Source of the DNA: the human T2T-CHM13v2.0 reference genome, Homo sapiens
Direction: 5' to 3' (one strand)
Length of the DNA stretch: 64,000 bases
NCBI RefSeq assembly: GCF_009914755.1
Contig: NC_060925.1
The translations under genes and the position numbers were made by a program. The notes below the pieces were generated by a model. The model saw only the letters and a program-made list of their open reading frames with translations, had not been told where the DNA came from and did no database searches. Shown here piece after piece: positions 1 through 26,618 of the stretch; within the stretch, counting starts at the first letter, position 1, and the number at the start of each line of letters is the position of its first letter.

Positions 1-227
1 ACTGCAACCTCTGCCTCCTGGGCTCAAGCAATTCTCCTGCTTCAGCCTCCTGAGTAGCTGGGATTACAGGCGCCTGCCACCACTCCTGGCTAATTTTTTG
101 TATTTTTAGTAGAGACGAGGTTTCACCATGTTGGCTAGGCTGGTCTCAAACTCCTGACCTCAGGTGATCCACCTGCTTCAGCCTCCCAAAATGCTGGAAT
201 TACAGGTGTGAGCCACGGCGCCCAGCC
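1..227 (-). mobile_element. Alu (AluS-like, cut by window edge)
   Basis: Reverse-complement Alu consensus. Confidence 0.9.
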
Positions 228-548
228 GAAAACAAAAGATTTTTATGGAATAACCAAAATGGACATTCCTACAATCTACCCTGCCACATCTCTCCCACTG
301 TTTTAGATCTGCTGTAATTAATGCAATCATTTATACACATTTAGTATTCTTTAGTAAAATAAACTGAATTACATCTTTTACATACATGTTTGGACCAATG
401 ACAATACTTTTTATTCAAAACAATACACTTTGGATTAAGTCTTGAAAATAACATAAATTACACTTTAAAGTATGATGTCTTTCAGATGATCTCTTCTAAA
501 AACTTGTAACTGAATGAAAAGTGATACTTCTGCACTCTATAAATAAAA

Positions 549-681
549 CATGAAACTTCCCAGACTCTGCTAAAACTGGAATTGAGGTCTCCTAGAAACA
601 CAGAAGGTCCTTAGCTCCCACCAGCTTGGTAAGGAGATGACGGACAACAGCACAACTGTGCCTGGTCCAGAGGAAGAGACC
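549..681 (+). repeat. Local direct repeat, copy 1 (intron 6)
   Basis: catgaaacttcccagactctgctaaaactggaattgaggtctcctagaaac...; 45/51 identical to the start of 1948-2070. Confidence 0.85.
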
Positions 682-767
682 GTGACAGGTGGCACGTGAC
701 TCAGCTTCTATCTCACCTGCGCAACTTCACTACTAACAAACAGAGCTTGCCGCTGCTGCCTTCCCTA

Positions 768-1013
<246 letters not shown>

Positions 1014-1077
1014 TTATGTGCTCCCATGTTACATGTGCTTCAGACAAAGCCACTTATTTATAAGAAAAAAAATCTCT

Positions 1078-1903
<826 letters not shown>

Positions 1904-1947
1904 TTAGACATTCCAAATTCATGAAACATTTCTCACCCAAAATACCC

Positions 1948-3835
<1,888 letters not shown>

Positions 3836-4010
3836 CTTCAGTTGCAATTCTTAAAGCAAACTTCTCAATCCAGGTTGTCATCAACATATTAAACATTTAA
3901 AATTATTTCTACGTAATGGTATCATGTTCCCACTCTAGCTTTATTTCTGCCCAGCCCTTCTGAGACTTTCTGTCGAGTATCAGAGCTGATCTAAAGCAGC
4001 TCATCCTCCT

Positions 4011-4097
4011 AGATTAGGAGGATCACCTTTACAGAGGTCTCCCGGTCAGAGAGCTTAATAACTGCTGACTTCCAGAGGGATTAGGGACACGTAAGCT
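4011..4097. promoter_or_regulatory. Candidate CRX/NRL photoreceptor enhancer in intron 5
   Basis: AGATTAG 4011-4017, AGCTTA 4052-4057, AT-rich lead-in plus TGCTGAC 4063-4069, GGGATTAG 4077-4084, TAAGCT 4092-4097, all in non-repetitive sequence. Confidence 0.5.
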
Positions 4098-4343
4098 GTC
4101 CACTGATCCTCCAGAAGGTGAGAGAAGACATGCCTCCTAGTCCCGGGTCAGGGAGCTGTTGGAAAGCTGGGTTCACGTTGCCTAGTAGTGCCTTTACCTA
4201 CTCAAAAATCAATTATCTGAGGTGCCACTCACCTAGAACATAGAGGCAAGGGCCAGGAAGCAAGCTAACAGGCTCCAGGACCCTGAAAGTAGCTGTCAAA
4301 AATCAAAACACCTAATGCCCTTCATTTTACTCAAAGGAGGGAG

Positions 4344-4943
4344 GGTGGTGGCTCATGCCTGTAACCCCAGCACTTTGGGAGGCTGAGATAAGAGGATTGG
4401 TTAAGTCCAGGAGTTTGAAACCAACATGGGCAACAAAGGGAGACCCTGTCTCCACAAAAAAAAATATATATATATTTTTTGAGATGGAGTCTCGCTCTGT
4501 CACCCAGGCTGGAGGATCTCGGCTAACTGCAAGCTCTGCCTCCTGGGTTCATGCCATTCTCCTGCCTCAGCCTCCCAAATAGCTGGGACTACAGGCACCT
4601 GCCACCGCGCCTGGCTTATTTTTTGTATTTTTAGTTGAGACAGGGTTTCATTGAGTTAGCCAGGATGGTCTCGATCTCCTGACCTCGTGATCCGCCCACC
4701 TCAGCCTCCCAAAGTGCTGGGATTACAGGCCTGAGCCACCGCGCCCGGCCCACAAAAAATATTTTTTAAAAATTAGCTGGGCACAGTGATGTGCACCTGT
4801 GGTACCAGCTACTCAGGAGGCTGAGGCAGGAGGATTGCTTGAGCACAGCAGTTCAAGGCTTCAGTAAGCTAGGATCGCACCACTGCATTCTAGCCTGGAC
4901 GACAGAGTGAGACCCAGTCTCAAAAAAAAAAAAAAAAAAAAAA
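4344..4943 (+). mobile_element. AluJ-like element split by an antisense AluY-like element (~4474-4750)
   Basis: Left arm, inverted Alu, right arm; cacaaaaaa(n)tat duplicated at both junctions. Confidence 0.85.
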
Positions 4944-5047
4944 GTTGCCTTTTAGTACAAATATATTGATAAACATATTACAAATGTACATCTGATACAT
5001 TAATACATACATACATAACAAGTAATCATTGTGGGCCTTGCATGTAG

Positions 5048-6499
<1,452 letters not shown>

Positions 6500-6577
6500 T
6501 CATGAAAAACAAGCAATAACATTTGTTTATGAAGGCAGGAAATATGAAGATTAAAGAAAATATATACCCTCCCCACT

Positions 6578-6738
6578 CTGTCATGTGGTGGGGGGCAGGA
6601 GGAGGGACAGCATTAGGAGAAATACCTATGTAAATGACAAGTTAACAGGTGCAGCAAACCAACATGGCACATGTATTCCTATGTAACAAATCTGCACATT
6701 GTGCACATGTACCCTAGAACTTAAAGAAAAAAAAAAAA
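6578..6738 (+). mobile_element. L1PA 3' end (5'-truncated)
   Basis: gcattaggagaaatacct...aacatggcacatgtat...cacatgtaccctagaacttaaag plus polyA. Confidence 0.9.
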
Positions 6739-6755
6739 GCTTGTGGAACAAGGAG

Positions 6756-6785
6756 ATATAGATATACATGTATATATATACACAC

Positions 6786-6816
<31 letters not shown>

Positions 6817-6817
6817 C
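6756..6817. repeat. (TA)n/(CA)n compound microsatellite
   Basis: Direct read. Confidence 0.9.
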
Positions 6818-7536
6818 CCTCCCCCCAAAAAACCTCTTTTGGACCTTAAAGAGGCAAACACTGGCCTATCCAGAAAAAAACGGCTATTTACAACAAGCAA
6901 TCTCTAGAAGGCTCTGAAAAGCAGAGGTTCTCCATAATATCATTTTGGTTTTCTCATGACTGTGCAATTATACAACAAATGCCATGCACCTAGCACCCTG
7001 TCCAAGAACATGGACCAATGTGGCACCCCAGCCTCCCACAGGCCTCACTGAAGACCGCCTTGCTCACAGGGTGGCCATGATTCTGCACTTGGTCCTGTTT
7101 TGTCAGCCCTTGCTTTTCTTCCTTCTAATCCTGGGGCTTTCAAGGCACAAAGTGTGTTTGAGACAGACGGAACATAAAGCCTCCCATGCAAGGATCTGGC
7201 GCCCACCCCACCCACCCTGAGCCCCCAGCCCCACCTCCACTGCTCAGTTCACACACCCATCTCTTCGGTCCCTGAACACACCTGCCTGCAGGTCACTCTC
7301 ATCCCTTCCAGACTACCCAGTCCAGAGCCCAGCTGGTGAAGGAGACATATTACTTGGCAGTGCAGTGCTCTGAGTACCTGAACACTGCCCAGCAGCAGCA
7401 CTGTCTACTCCACTAACCTGCCTAATCTGCACATCAGTGTTCCCACACATGGAGGAAAGGCCCCAGAGGTAACATACTGTTTTGTTTTCCATCTACTTTT
7501 GACAATAAATTCTAACATAGATAGACTAGTAACAAC

Positions 7537-9531
<1,995 letters not shown>

Positions 9532-9669
9532 AACAAATAGGAGCCCATGAAGGGAATTATCTCTTGGGATGGTAAACCAAAGGAAGGCAGGGCAGACAGG
9601 CCAGATGAGAGAATGGTGAGAGCAGCTCACAGCGCATTCCCGTGTGTCTGCCGCAGCAAAGCACACACA

Positions 9670-9860
9670 GCACAATGCTGTTCTAAGGCTCAATACACTT
9701 AATCCCTCAGGATCCTCGGGGCAGGTTCTGTGATTTCCTGAGCCAGGGCACTGACATCACAAGAGGGCGAGGGCCAACCAGCCCTGAGAAACAGGCACAG
9801 AGAGGTAACTTCCCCAAGTTCACATAAGTAGGATGCAGTAGAACTGGGAAGACAGAGGTC
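9670..9860 (+). mobile_element. MIR remnant
   Basis: ttaatccctca...gagaaacaggcacagagaggtaacttccccaagttcaca, MIR core-like. Confidence 0.6.
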
Positions 9861-10143
9861 TAGAAACTGAAAGAGACAGGAGAAGGGAGAAAGAAAAATC
9901 AGAACTTGTATTAATGTGATTCAGACAGTGAAGAAATGGCAGTGTTCTTTCAGCCCAGGTAAGTGGAAAACTGGACAGGGAATATGCACCTGTGAACGCT
10001 GCACCTTGCGTGCCCAGAGTTCTGATTCAACTTCCTAATTTCTTCACTGCACAGCACAGCAAATGGGTTCAGGTACTTTTCCCCTAGGACAACAGAGCAG
10101 CCCCTGAATGTAACAAGCAGCATCCTGCTCATGCCCACGCCTA

Positions 10144-10290
<147 letters not shown>

Positions 10291-10976
10291 TTAAACGATT
10301 CTCCTCATCACCCATCCTTGTCAAGGCTGTTGGCTCGCCCACTGTGCCTACCTCTTCCCAGCCCTTCCCACAGTTCTCCAGTGGCTTCCACTGTGGCATT
10401 CTGCACTGAACCCCTTCCGTACCTCTTACCAAGTCTCAGTCTGGCTGGTCATCAGGAACCTGTGTGCCCTGCCCTCCAATGCACGCACACGAACATGGCC
10501 AGCCTTGAAGCACTTGCTGTTCCCTTCCTGCTTCCTTCCTCCTCTCCCTGTCCATCCAGGACCATCTCCTCCTAGGTCTCTGAGTTCTTTGAGATCTCGC
10601 AACTCTTCTTATGACACCACACAGATGTCCCACACCACAATTTAATAGCTGGTTCCTATGTCAGGCTATGTGTGGGCCTGCATGACACCTGCTTCTGCAC
10701 GACCATCACTTGGAGCACCAGCTGTACACACACCTGCTGAGCCCATCCTACATATAGACACTGATGTTAATGAGTTTAGGTTGGCAAACGGAGTAAGTGG
10801 ATTACAATAGTGGGTTTTAAAAACGGACAGTCCAAAGTGCTTCTCAGAATTGAAATTCAGGTAATTCTATGTAGCCTAATTTTTTTTTCTTTAACTTACA
10901 ATTTAACCTCAATTAAAGCACATCCCCTAAAGCATTTAGACAATGTAAAAAACTTAATCATCTTCAGTAGAAGTAG

Positions 10977-11900
<924 letters not shown>

Positions 11901-12224
11901 GGATATTAGAAATAGAAGTTCTGAGGCAGATTCTGTTGAGGAGAGGAGCTTCAAAATATCTTAAGACAATAACAATATTTTACAACTATTACCCTCTGTA
12001 ACAGGTAGATGATTATTCAAGGCTTGAGATATCTCATTTTTATCTCAATAAGCCCCTCTATTTCCTATGCCTACCATCAGAATGACTTCTTAATAAAAGC
12101 AGTGGCTTGGCATCCTCACTGCGCAACAGAGAATGCAAGCAGAGCCCTCCCGAGGCTCCAGGTGTGGGTGCCGTGCTAGCCTCCTCACAGGCAGATGGCT
12201 CTGCGTGACTCAGTGGGCTCTTAC

Positions 12225-12263
12225 CTGAGAGAGAGTTGCATCTGCACATGCTTTCCTGGCGTC
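12225..12263 (-). CDS. GNB1: GNB1 exon 4, codons 20-32 (DARKACADATLSQ)
   Basis: 39 nt, acceptor ttgcttcccAG, donor GTAAGA, phase 0/0. Confidence 0.98.
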
Positions 12264-12820
12264 CTGGGAAGCAAGGACAGTGAGAAATTAGCAACCTTTC
12301 AGATACATTCAATCTCAGGTCCACACATACCAAAGTTTCAAAGAGAGCTTTCCTAAGCTGTCAGGAGCAAAAGCAGAATGTGAAAGAACGGCAGAGTCTC
12401 CTTGCATCTCAACACCCCATGGTCTACTACCATCTGTGGACTGTCCAGGCCACGCTGAACAGAGAACCAGTAGTACCCAAATCTGTCTAAGACCTGCAGC
12501 ACAATATTCCTGGGGACCCACAGCTGTGGCCAGCACCGAGGAGACCACACTGCAAGCTGGGGCAGCACCCACACACCCGGGACCCTGGTGCTGCCTGTGC
12601 CCTCACTGCTGCACAGGCTGGCACACACGACTTGCTCTTTTTACAAAGCCCATCTAGGGTCAGGAAGGCTGTGGCCCAAAGAAAAGGTCTATTAAAAAAA
12701 AAAAAAAAAAAAAAAAAAGTCTAAAAAGGACCAGATACCCAGCCCAAAAAAACTTTTCTTCAGACTGCATTAACTAAGTACTTTGTTTTCAAGAGAAACA
12801 ATCATTAATTCTAAATTCTA

Positions 12821-14783
<1,963 letters not shown>

Positions 14784-16245
14784 TTATTATAAATATACCA
14801 AATTTATACATTCCAAATTCATCTTTAGTTAAGCTCTTTATTGGTCATTCTGCTTATAATTAAGACACACACAAAAAAATCGAGTATTTCTATGCAAGCA
14901 GTAACATTTGGAGTAAGGGGGATGAAGAATACTTAGAGCAGCAGAAGTCTTTTTGTCAATGAATTTTACTGGCAAGTACTGAGTTTAATATTTGTTTTTG
15001 AAATACTATTCTTGTTGATGTTACAGCCTTTGATTTTAAAACATCATAAGAAAATTTAAAATGGAGAAAATAAAACATGAGATTTAAGCAACTTCCCCCG
15101 GTTAGTGTCCAATGACTAAAATGAGTTTCTTAAGGTACAGTGTAACAGACTGTGGTGATACTACTGTTAAACCGAAGGAAAAACTACTGTAAAAACAACA
15201 CACAGATAACTTCAATTCAATCTTTATTTTAGCCAATAACCAGCTTATTTAACTGAGTGCAGCACTTTGCAGAACAGACACCTTCAACTTTTAAAACTGT
15301 AGGAAGAAGTCTTTTAATGGAAACAAGCTCTATAACTGCTTAACAAAGAAGAAAAAGTCTTCAAGTTCTTTCAGATTAATTTCCAGTTTAATGGACTCCT
15401 GTAGATACATATTATGATGTCCACTTAAACCAGAGATGAACATATCCAAGCCACTCATCAGTTGATTTCTCATTCTTTTTGGATTTGTCAAATGACACAG
15501 TAACACACTTACTTTGGGGTTTCATCCTAAATTAAAGCCTGGGCCCTGCTCAGCATGGAGTCGCTGGACATTTTGGACCGGGCATCCATTGCAGCTGCCT
15601 CTCGCACGAATGGACCCTGCTCCCTTGCACTGGCTGGCATGCCGCTCCAGAACACATCTACGCCTGTGCATCCTGTGGAGCTTTCCTTACTCCATCAGCT
15701 ACTCTGTGTATTTTAAGGCACACCATGTTTTAATCAGAATCCCTCTGAGAGCCTGTGTTTCCTCAATAATAATCAAAAGGAGCATGCAAGGTCCTTTAAG
15801 GGTCTTTTGGCTGAAAAACAAATCTAAGAAAGAAAACAGCCCCTTTTAGAATCATCTACAATTTCTTGTTTGATTCACTATGCTCTGCATTCTTTAACAA
15901 GCATGTATTCCTTGGGCAATCAGGAAAAAATGTTCTACATTTTAAAAATAAGTCTTCCTTTCCCATTTGGGGTAAAAGGACTTCAACAGCTTTTGCTGTC
16001 CCTGTCTCGTGCAAAGGAACTAACACAGCGCGGTTCCTGGTACTTCGGAGACAAAGCAGCTAGGCGCCTCTCCTAGTGAACGTCCCACCGCGGGGGCCAT
16101 GACCTGCCTGTGGCTGCTGCGCACAGCAAACGGAACCAGGAGACTTGGGACAAAAACAGTGTCAAATATCTCAATTAAAATGTATTAATTACACATTGCA
16201 TAATAAATAATATTTTAGATATACTGCCTTAGATAAAATTTGTTG

Positions 16246-19200
16246 GGCCAGGCATGGTGGTTCACACCTGCCAGCACTTTGGGAGGCTGAGGCGGGAAGA
16301 TCCCTTGAGCCCCAGGAGTTCAAGACCAGCTGGGGCAACATGGTGGACTCTGTCTCTACAAAATTGAAAAAAACCAGCCAGGTGTGGCAGCATGCTCCTG
16401 TAGTTCCAGCTACTCGGGAGGCTGCAGTGAGCTGTGATCGCACCACTGCTCTCCAGCTTGAATGACTGACAGAGACCCTGTCTCAAAACACACAAACAAA
16501 AAAATGAAAAAAACCTTGTTAGGGTTAATTCCACCCGTTTCTTTTCATTCTTTTTCAAAAGACAGGGCCTTTCTACCTTACAAAGGCTGGTCTCAAGCTT
16601 TTGGGCTCATGCAATCCTCCTGCCTTGGTATCCCAAAGTACTGGGATTAACGGCATGAGCCACGGTGCCTGGCCGTCTCTCTTTTTACTTTTTTTTTTTT
16701 TTTTTTGAGACGGAGTCTCGCTCTGTCTCCCAGGCTGGAGTGTGCAGTGGCGCGCTCTCGCCTCACTGCAAGCTCCGCCTCCCAGGTTCACGCCATTCCC
16801 TGCCTCAGCCTCCCAAGTAGTTGGGACTACAGGCGCCCACCACCACCACACCTGGCTAATTTTTTTTGTATTTTTTTTCTTTTAGTAGAGACGGGGTTTC
16901 ACCGTGTTAGCCAGGATGGTATCGATCTCCTGACCTTGTGATCCACATGCCTCAGCCTCCCAAAGTGCTGGGATTACAGGCGTCAGCCACCGCGCCCGAC
17001 CTCTTTTTACATTTTTTATGTGGCAACAAGAGCATGTGGGGAATGTCACGTGACATTTGTGCCAGCCCAAGAGGGAGCCCCCTGTGCAAGAAGGCCCTGG
17101 GGAATTCACAACGTGACAGGGTCCAAACCTCGGAAGGAGGTGCAACAGTTCCTTTTGGCCTTAATTTTTTAAATTTGGGTGTCTTTCACCTGTGCCATAC
17201 AAGCTCTTTCCATCTGCTATGAATAGATCCAAGTCCACTATTTGTGAACAACTTATAGCTGTCAGAAAAACAAAATTTCTTCAAATATGCCAAATCACCC
17301 TACTATTTAAGACATTTTCAGGGTAAACTTTAAAATTCTGATTTCTAGGCCGGGCGTGGTGGCTCATGCCTGTAATCCCCGCACTTTGGGAGGCCGAGGT
17401 GGGCGGATCACGAGGTCAGGAGATCGAGACCATCCTGGCTAACACGGTGAAACCCCATCTCTACTAAAAGTACAAAAAATTAGCCGGGTGTGGTGGCGGG
17501 CGCCTATAGTCCCAGCTCCTCAGGAGGCCGAGGCAGGAGAATGGTGTGAACCCAGGAGGAGGAGCTTGCAGTGAGCTGAGATCGCGCCACTGCACTCCAG
17601 CCTGGGGAACAGGGCGAGACTGTCTCCAGAAAAAAAAAAAAAAAAAAAAAAAAATCTGATTTCTATAAGATGAAATATAGTCTCAAAAGCAGGTGGTAAA
17701 GAGCTGAGAGTGTTCTGAACCCCCCCAAAAACCCAGTTAGATTATTATTAAATAACAACACTTTGCTTTTCTTTTTTACTTGCCAAAAACCATGCTGACT
17801 TAAAATGAACAGCAGAAGCTTAAGTATTAAGTCAGGCAAAATTTGAATACCTTTTGGTTTTATTTAAATAGATATTTCAGAGAATAATTTTATATCAAAC
17901 TAAATATTTCAGAACACATTTGATTAATTTTGGTGGAGGGGACATGTTAAACAAGTCTGATCAGAGCAAACTATTAAAAAAATCTAAGTCTTCCCTATTC
18001 ACCTATGTAAGATCTTTTAAATGTTAAGATTTAAAATTCTTACAGTAGAGGATACTTTGTTTTCTCTTTGGCTGTAAATCTCAGAGAATTCCATTATTTT
18101 TTCTCAAGTTCAGGAACAAGTTGCCTAAAATTATGTTGGTGTTTCTCTCTCCAAATCCTGGTGGGCTTTCTAAACATGTAATTGGCCGTTTAAAAGGAAA
18201 TACTTGACTTCATCCTTGCACTGGAGTCAGAAAAATAAACTGTTGTTTTTTATTTTATTTTACTGTATTTTGAGAAGGTGTCACTTTGTCACCTAGGCTG
18301 CAGTGCAGTGGTGCAATCACAGCTTACTATACAGCCTCAACCTCCTGGGCTCAAGTGATCCTCCTGGGTAGCTCAGACTACAGGCGCGCACCACCATACC
18401 CAGCTTATAAACTGTTATTTAGGTATGTACTGAATGTCATCAGCTTCCTGTACAGCGACACTCTGAAGAACAGCTAAAGCTTGACAGAGCAAACAAGAGT
18501 AAGAGAAAGCTCTTACATCAAATGGACAAAACCTAAAAACATACTGAAGACGTGGTTTTTCCTGAGAAGTCTGCCTCTTTTTCTCTTACTCTTCACATCA
18601 GCAGTTTCAGAAAGGAAACACATACTTGCATTAAATGTTTCTCTATAAAATATTTACTAGAAGTACTGCTTCACAAAAGTAGGAGCAGCAGAATGAATTC
18701 CATTTAGACCTACTGCTCCTCCCTTTTCAGAAAGTTATGAGGCAAGAGAATTGCTTGAAAGAGGTTGCAGTGAGACGAGATCGCGCCACTGCACTCCAGC
18801 CTGGGCACAACAGAGTGAAACTCTCTCTCAAATAAAAGTTTATGAACTCTGCAATTTAACATCCTACATCAGTCACAGACTGGAATTTAATGTTTTAGAA
18901 TTCTGTGAAAGGTATTCTTTTTACAGTGCAGTTTATTTACACACGGTAAATAAATTTATCTTCAATTTTTTTTTTATTTTTCAGGGTCTCACTCTGACGC
19001 CCAGGTTGGAGTGCAGTGGCACAATCTCGGCTCACTGGATCCTCTGCCTCCCGGGTTCAAGGGATTCTCTGACTTTAGCCTCCTGAGTAGCTGGGAATAC
19101 AGGCACACACCACCACACCCAGCTAATTTTTATATTTTTTGTAGAGATGGGGGTTTCACTATGTTGCCCTGGCTGGTCTCGAACTCCCGACCTCAGGTGA

Positions 19201-19261
19201 TCCACCCGCCTTGGCCTCCCAAACTGCTGGGATTCCAGGCATGAGCCCCCCACACCCGGCC
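16246..19261. mobile_element. Alu cluster (plus ~16246-16500, 17348-17654, 18738-18836; minus ~16550-16674, 16689-17001, 18245-18405, 18966-19261)
   Basis: Alu consensus, interspersed with unique sequence. Confidence 0.85.
17042..17057. promoter_or_regulatory. Perfect 16-bp palindrome containing CLEAR/E-box GTCACGTGAC
   Basis: AATGTCACGTGACATT read directly. Confidence 0.4.
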
Positions 19262-19783
19262 TCTATCTTGGATTTAGATATATCTGCTCCATCTAGCAGT
19301 CTATCAGAAGCTGTAGATTCCAATCATCACCGCTAGGGAAGATCTTTCAAAATTAGGAAAAAATACATCAGATATACCTGAAATACTTTTTTTATTGTTG
19401 TTAATACTCTTACTTTTAAGCAAGTTTTCTGCTGTCAATAGTCCCAATATTCAGGGGAGGGAGGTAGATATCACAGTCTGATCAGTGGCCCAGGGTATCA
19501 CAAATTTTCAAGGTTATGATAAAGAATGCAAAAGACACTTATAAATTCTACGGAGACATCTGGTGTATATTCAAATAACAAATTGTATACAGAAAGCAAA
19601 ATCCCAAAAACAATGTACTAGGCTAAGTATCTAGATCTATAATTAGTACATCCTGGGCCAACTAAGATTCAATTTCATATAAAACATAGAACAAGTCATC
19701 CTGTAAACCATTTTTCCTAAAACAAGTAACATCTAACCTGAAACTCAAATGATTAATAAAACCAAGCACACACAACTACATAC

Positions 19784-19840
19784 TCGAATCTGGTTCTTAA
19801 GTTGCTCGGCCTCCTGCCGTAACTGGTCAAGCTCACTCAT
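19784..19840 (-). CDS. GNB1: GNB1 exon 3 coding part, codons 1-19 (MSELDQLRQEAEQLKNQIR)
   Basis: Minus strand GGAAG-ATG AGT GAG CTT GAC CAG...ATT CGA followed by donor GTATGT; 57 nt, phase 0. Confidence 0.98.
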
Positions 19841-19886
19841 CTTCCGATCTTAGTGCTCTTCAATGCCACCTTCAAGAATGTGAGAT
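19841..19886 (-). other. GNB1: GNB1 exon 3 5'UTR part (46 nt)
   Basis: Acceptor tctttctgtttcAG (AG = plus ct at 19887-19888); in-frame TAA 12 nt upstream of the ATG. Confidence 0.93.
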
Positions 19887-19970
19887 CTGAAACAGAAAGA
19901 CAAGCACAATCAATAAACAACTGTTGGATAATTTAATGAAGCAGGTGAGAAAAGTAAATTGAAAGTTTAA

Positions 19971-20829
<859 letters not shown>

Positions 20830-22412
20830 TTAGGATAGCTATCGCATGAAGACCTAGGGGAAGTTACTTCAGGGAACGGGGGTGAGTGGCAACCTGGCAA
20901 CCAAGAATCTCAAAGCCACCTCATCTCAGTAACCATGAACCGCTACTGGTCAAAAGCTGTCAGGATGCTCACACAGCAATCCTGAGCACACAGGGTGTGT
21001 CCAGCAGTTTTTTGGCTCAGGGACAACCCACTCTCCCACCCAAGTGAGCCCTGGGATCCCAGGAGGCTCAGAAACAACACCTTGATCCTTATAGGTGCAG
21101 GCTAAATTAGGCTCAGTACAAGCCGCCCTGCCTTCTCGCCCTACTCACGTTAGACAATATTCCTGAAATCAAAGTAAAAACTAAATCACCTTGTTAAACA
21201 AGAGACTTATTTTCCCAAGAGAATGTCATAAATGGAGGCTGCATTTCTGACCAAGATCTTAGCTGTTAATGTATGACTGAAGATCTTGGCTGTTAAGTAT
21301 GACTCAAGTATAACAAAGCTGAGGACACAGTTGCTAATGTCTTTAATCCCTTACAATTAGCTCTCACATGCAAGTACGGCTTATGCAAGCACTTCAATTT
21401 CCTACATAAATTACACAGAGGATCAATTTTACCATTATAACTTTTGTGTAAGTCAAAAGGCTAATACAATATACATCAAAATCTAACTGATAGCAGTTAT
21501 TTTCTTGAGATTAAAACCCATCTGTGGGAAACTATCCGATGACCTAAGAAGCTCAGCCGTCAGTTTCCAGTCTGAACTTTCCTAGTGTGCCTAAAGGAAT
21601 TCGAATAACCTACAGTATAGATACTTGATGTCTACGGTCCACAGAACCAGAAAGGCCTGCAAGGCATGCCCCGTAACACGAGCACGCAGACCAGGCATCC
21701 TGCTGCCACTGCTCTCTGGGGAGGCAGGCTGCACAGCAACACGGTGTCAGAAAGATTTCTGACCAAATAGTTGTTTCTAAAGGCATTATTTGAAACGGAT
21801 GTTTTAATCATGAGGAAAGCTTCACTAAGGAAAAATACCTCAGGCCTCCCTGCACACATGGAGCATCACCGGAATTAGGTATGGACAAGGTCACACCTCA
21901 AGGGCAGTTTATTCTTAAGGGATAAGACTGGTTAATTCTTTCCCTGGTTTTCACATATAAATCCTAGCGACTGCGATTTGTGGACGTTAATGTGTTAAGC
22001 AGTAAGAGTGCCAGGACAAGATGAGCAGTGTCTCAGATGGAAGCTGTCTGGATGCCTTGTGCTTTGCATTCTTTCTGCATGCCCTGACACTACTCACTTG
22101 TATTTCACACATGATCAAATTATATTATGCACACAATTTTGCAGAGTTGGGGGTAGTTTTGTTTCACCAGCACCCCGCACGCATAATAGAGAATTGTTCT
22201 TAGTCTGTAAAGCTACTTTAATCCTTCCAAAATCAACATGAAGAAAACAAGTTAATGTTATGAAGTACCCCGAATTAAACTGTTTTAGTTAACACACACA
22301 GTTTCTGATCATTTAAACACTAAAAAGTAAAGCTAATTTTTATAGTACGGGACTAAAAACAACAAACTCCTGGGATCTCGGGAAAGAGAAACGCATGTTC
22401 TGAGATGCTTCA

Positions 22413-26483
<4,071 letters not shown>

Positions 26484-26618
26484 ATATACTCACTTTAAAG
26501 AAAGATAGAATAGCATTTTTATTATAACTATTAGTCACGTTTTTCTACTAAACGTAATATTGATGCAGCTTCCTTTGAAAATTAAAGAATAAATGTAAAT
26601 TTTAAAAGTCTTACTCAC

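Noticed and set aside
12694-12718. Isolated A25 tract
   Set aside because: No attached retroelement or gene body; treated as a simple mononucleotide repeat.
19841-19886. N-terminal extension of Gbeta1 from upstream starts
   Set aside because: In-frame TAA at 19850-19852 blocks it.
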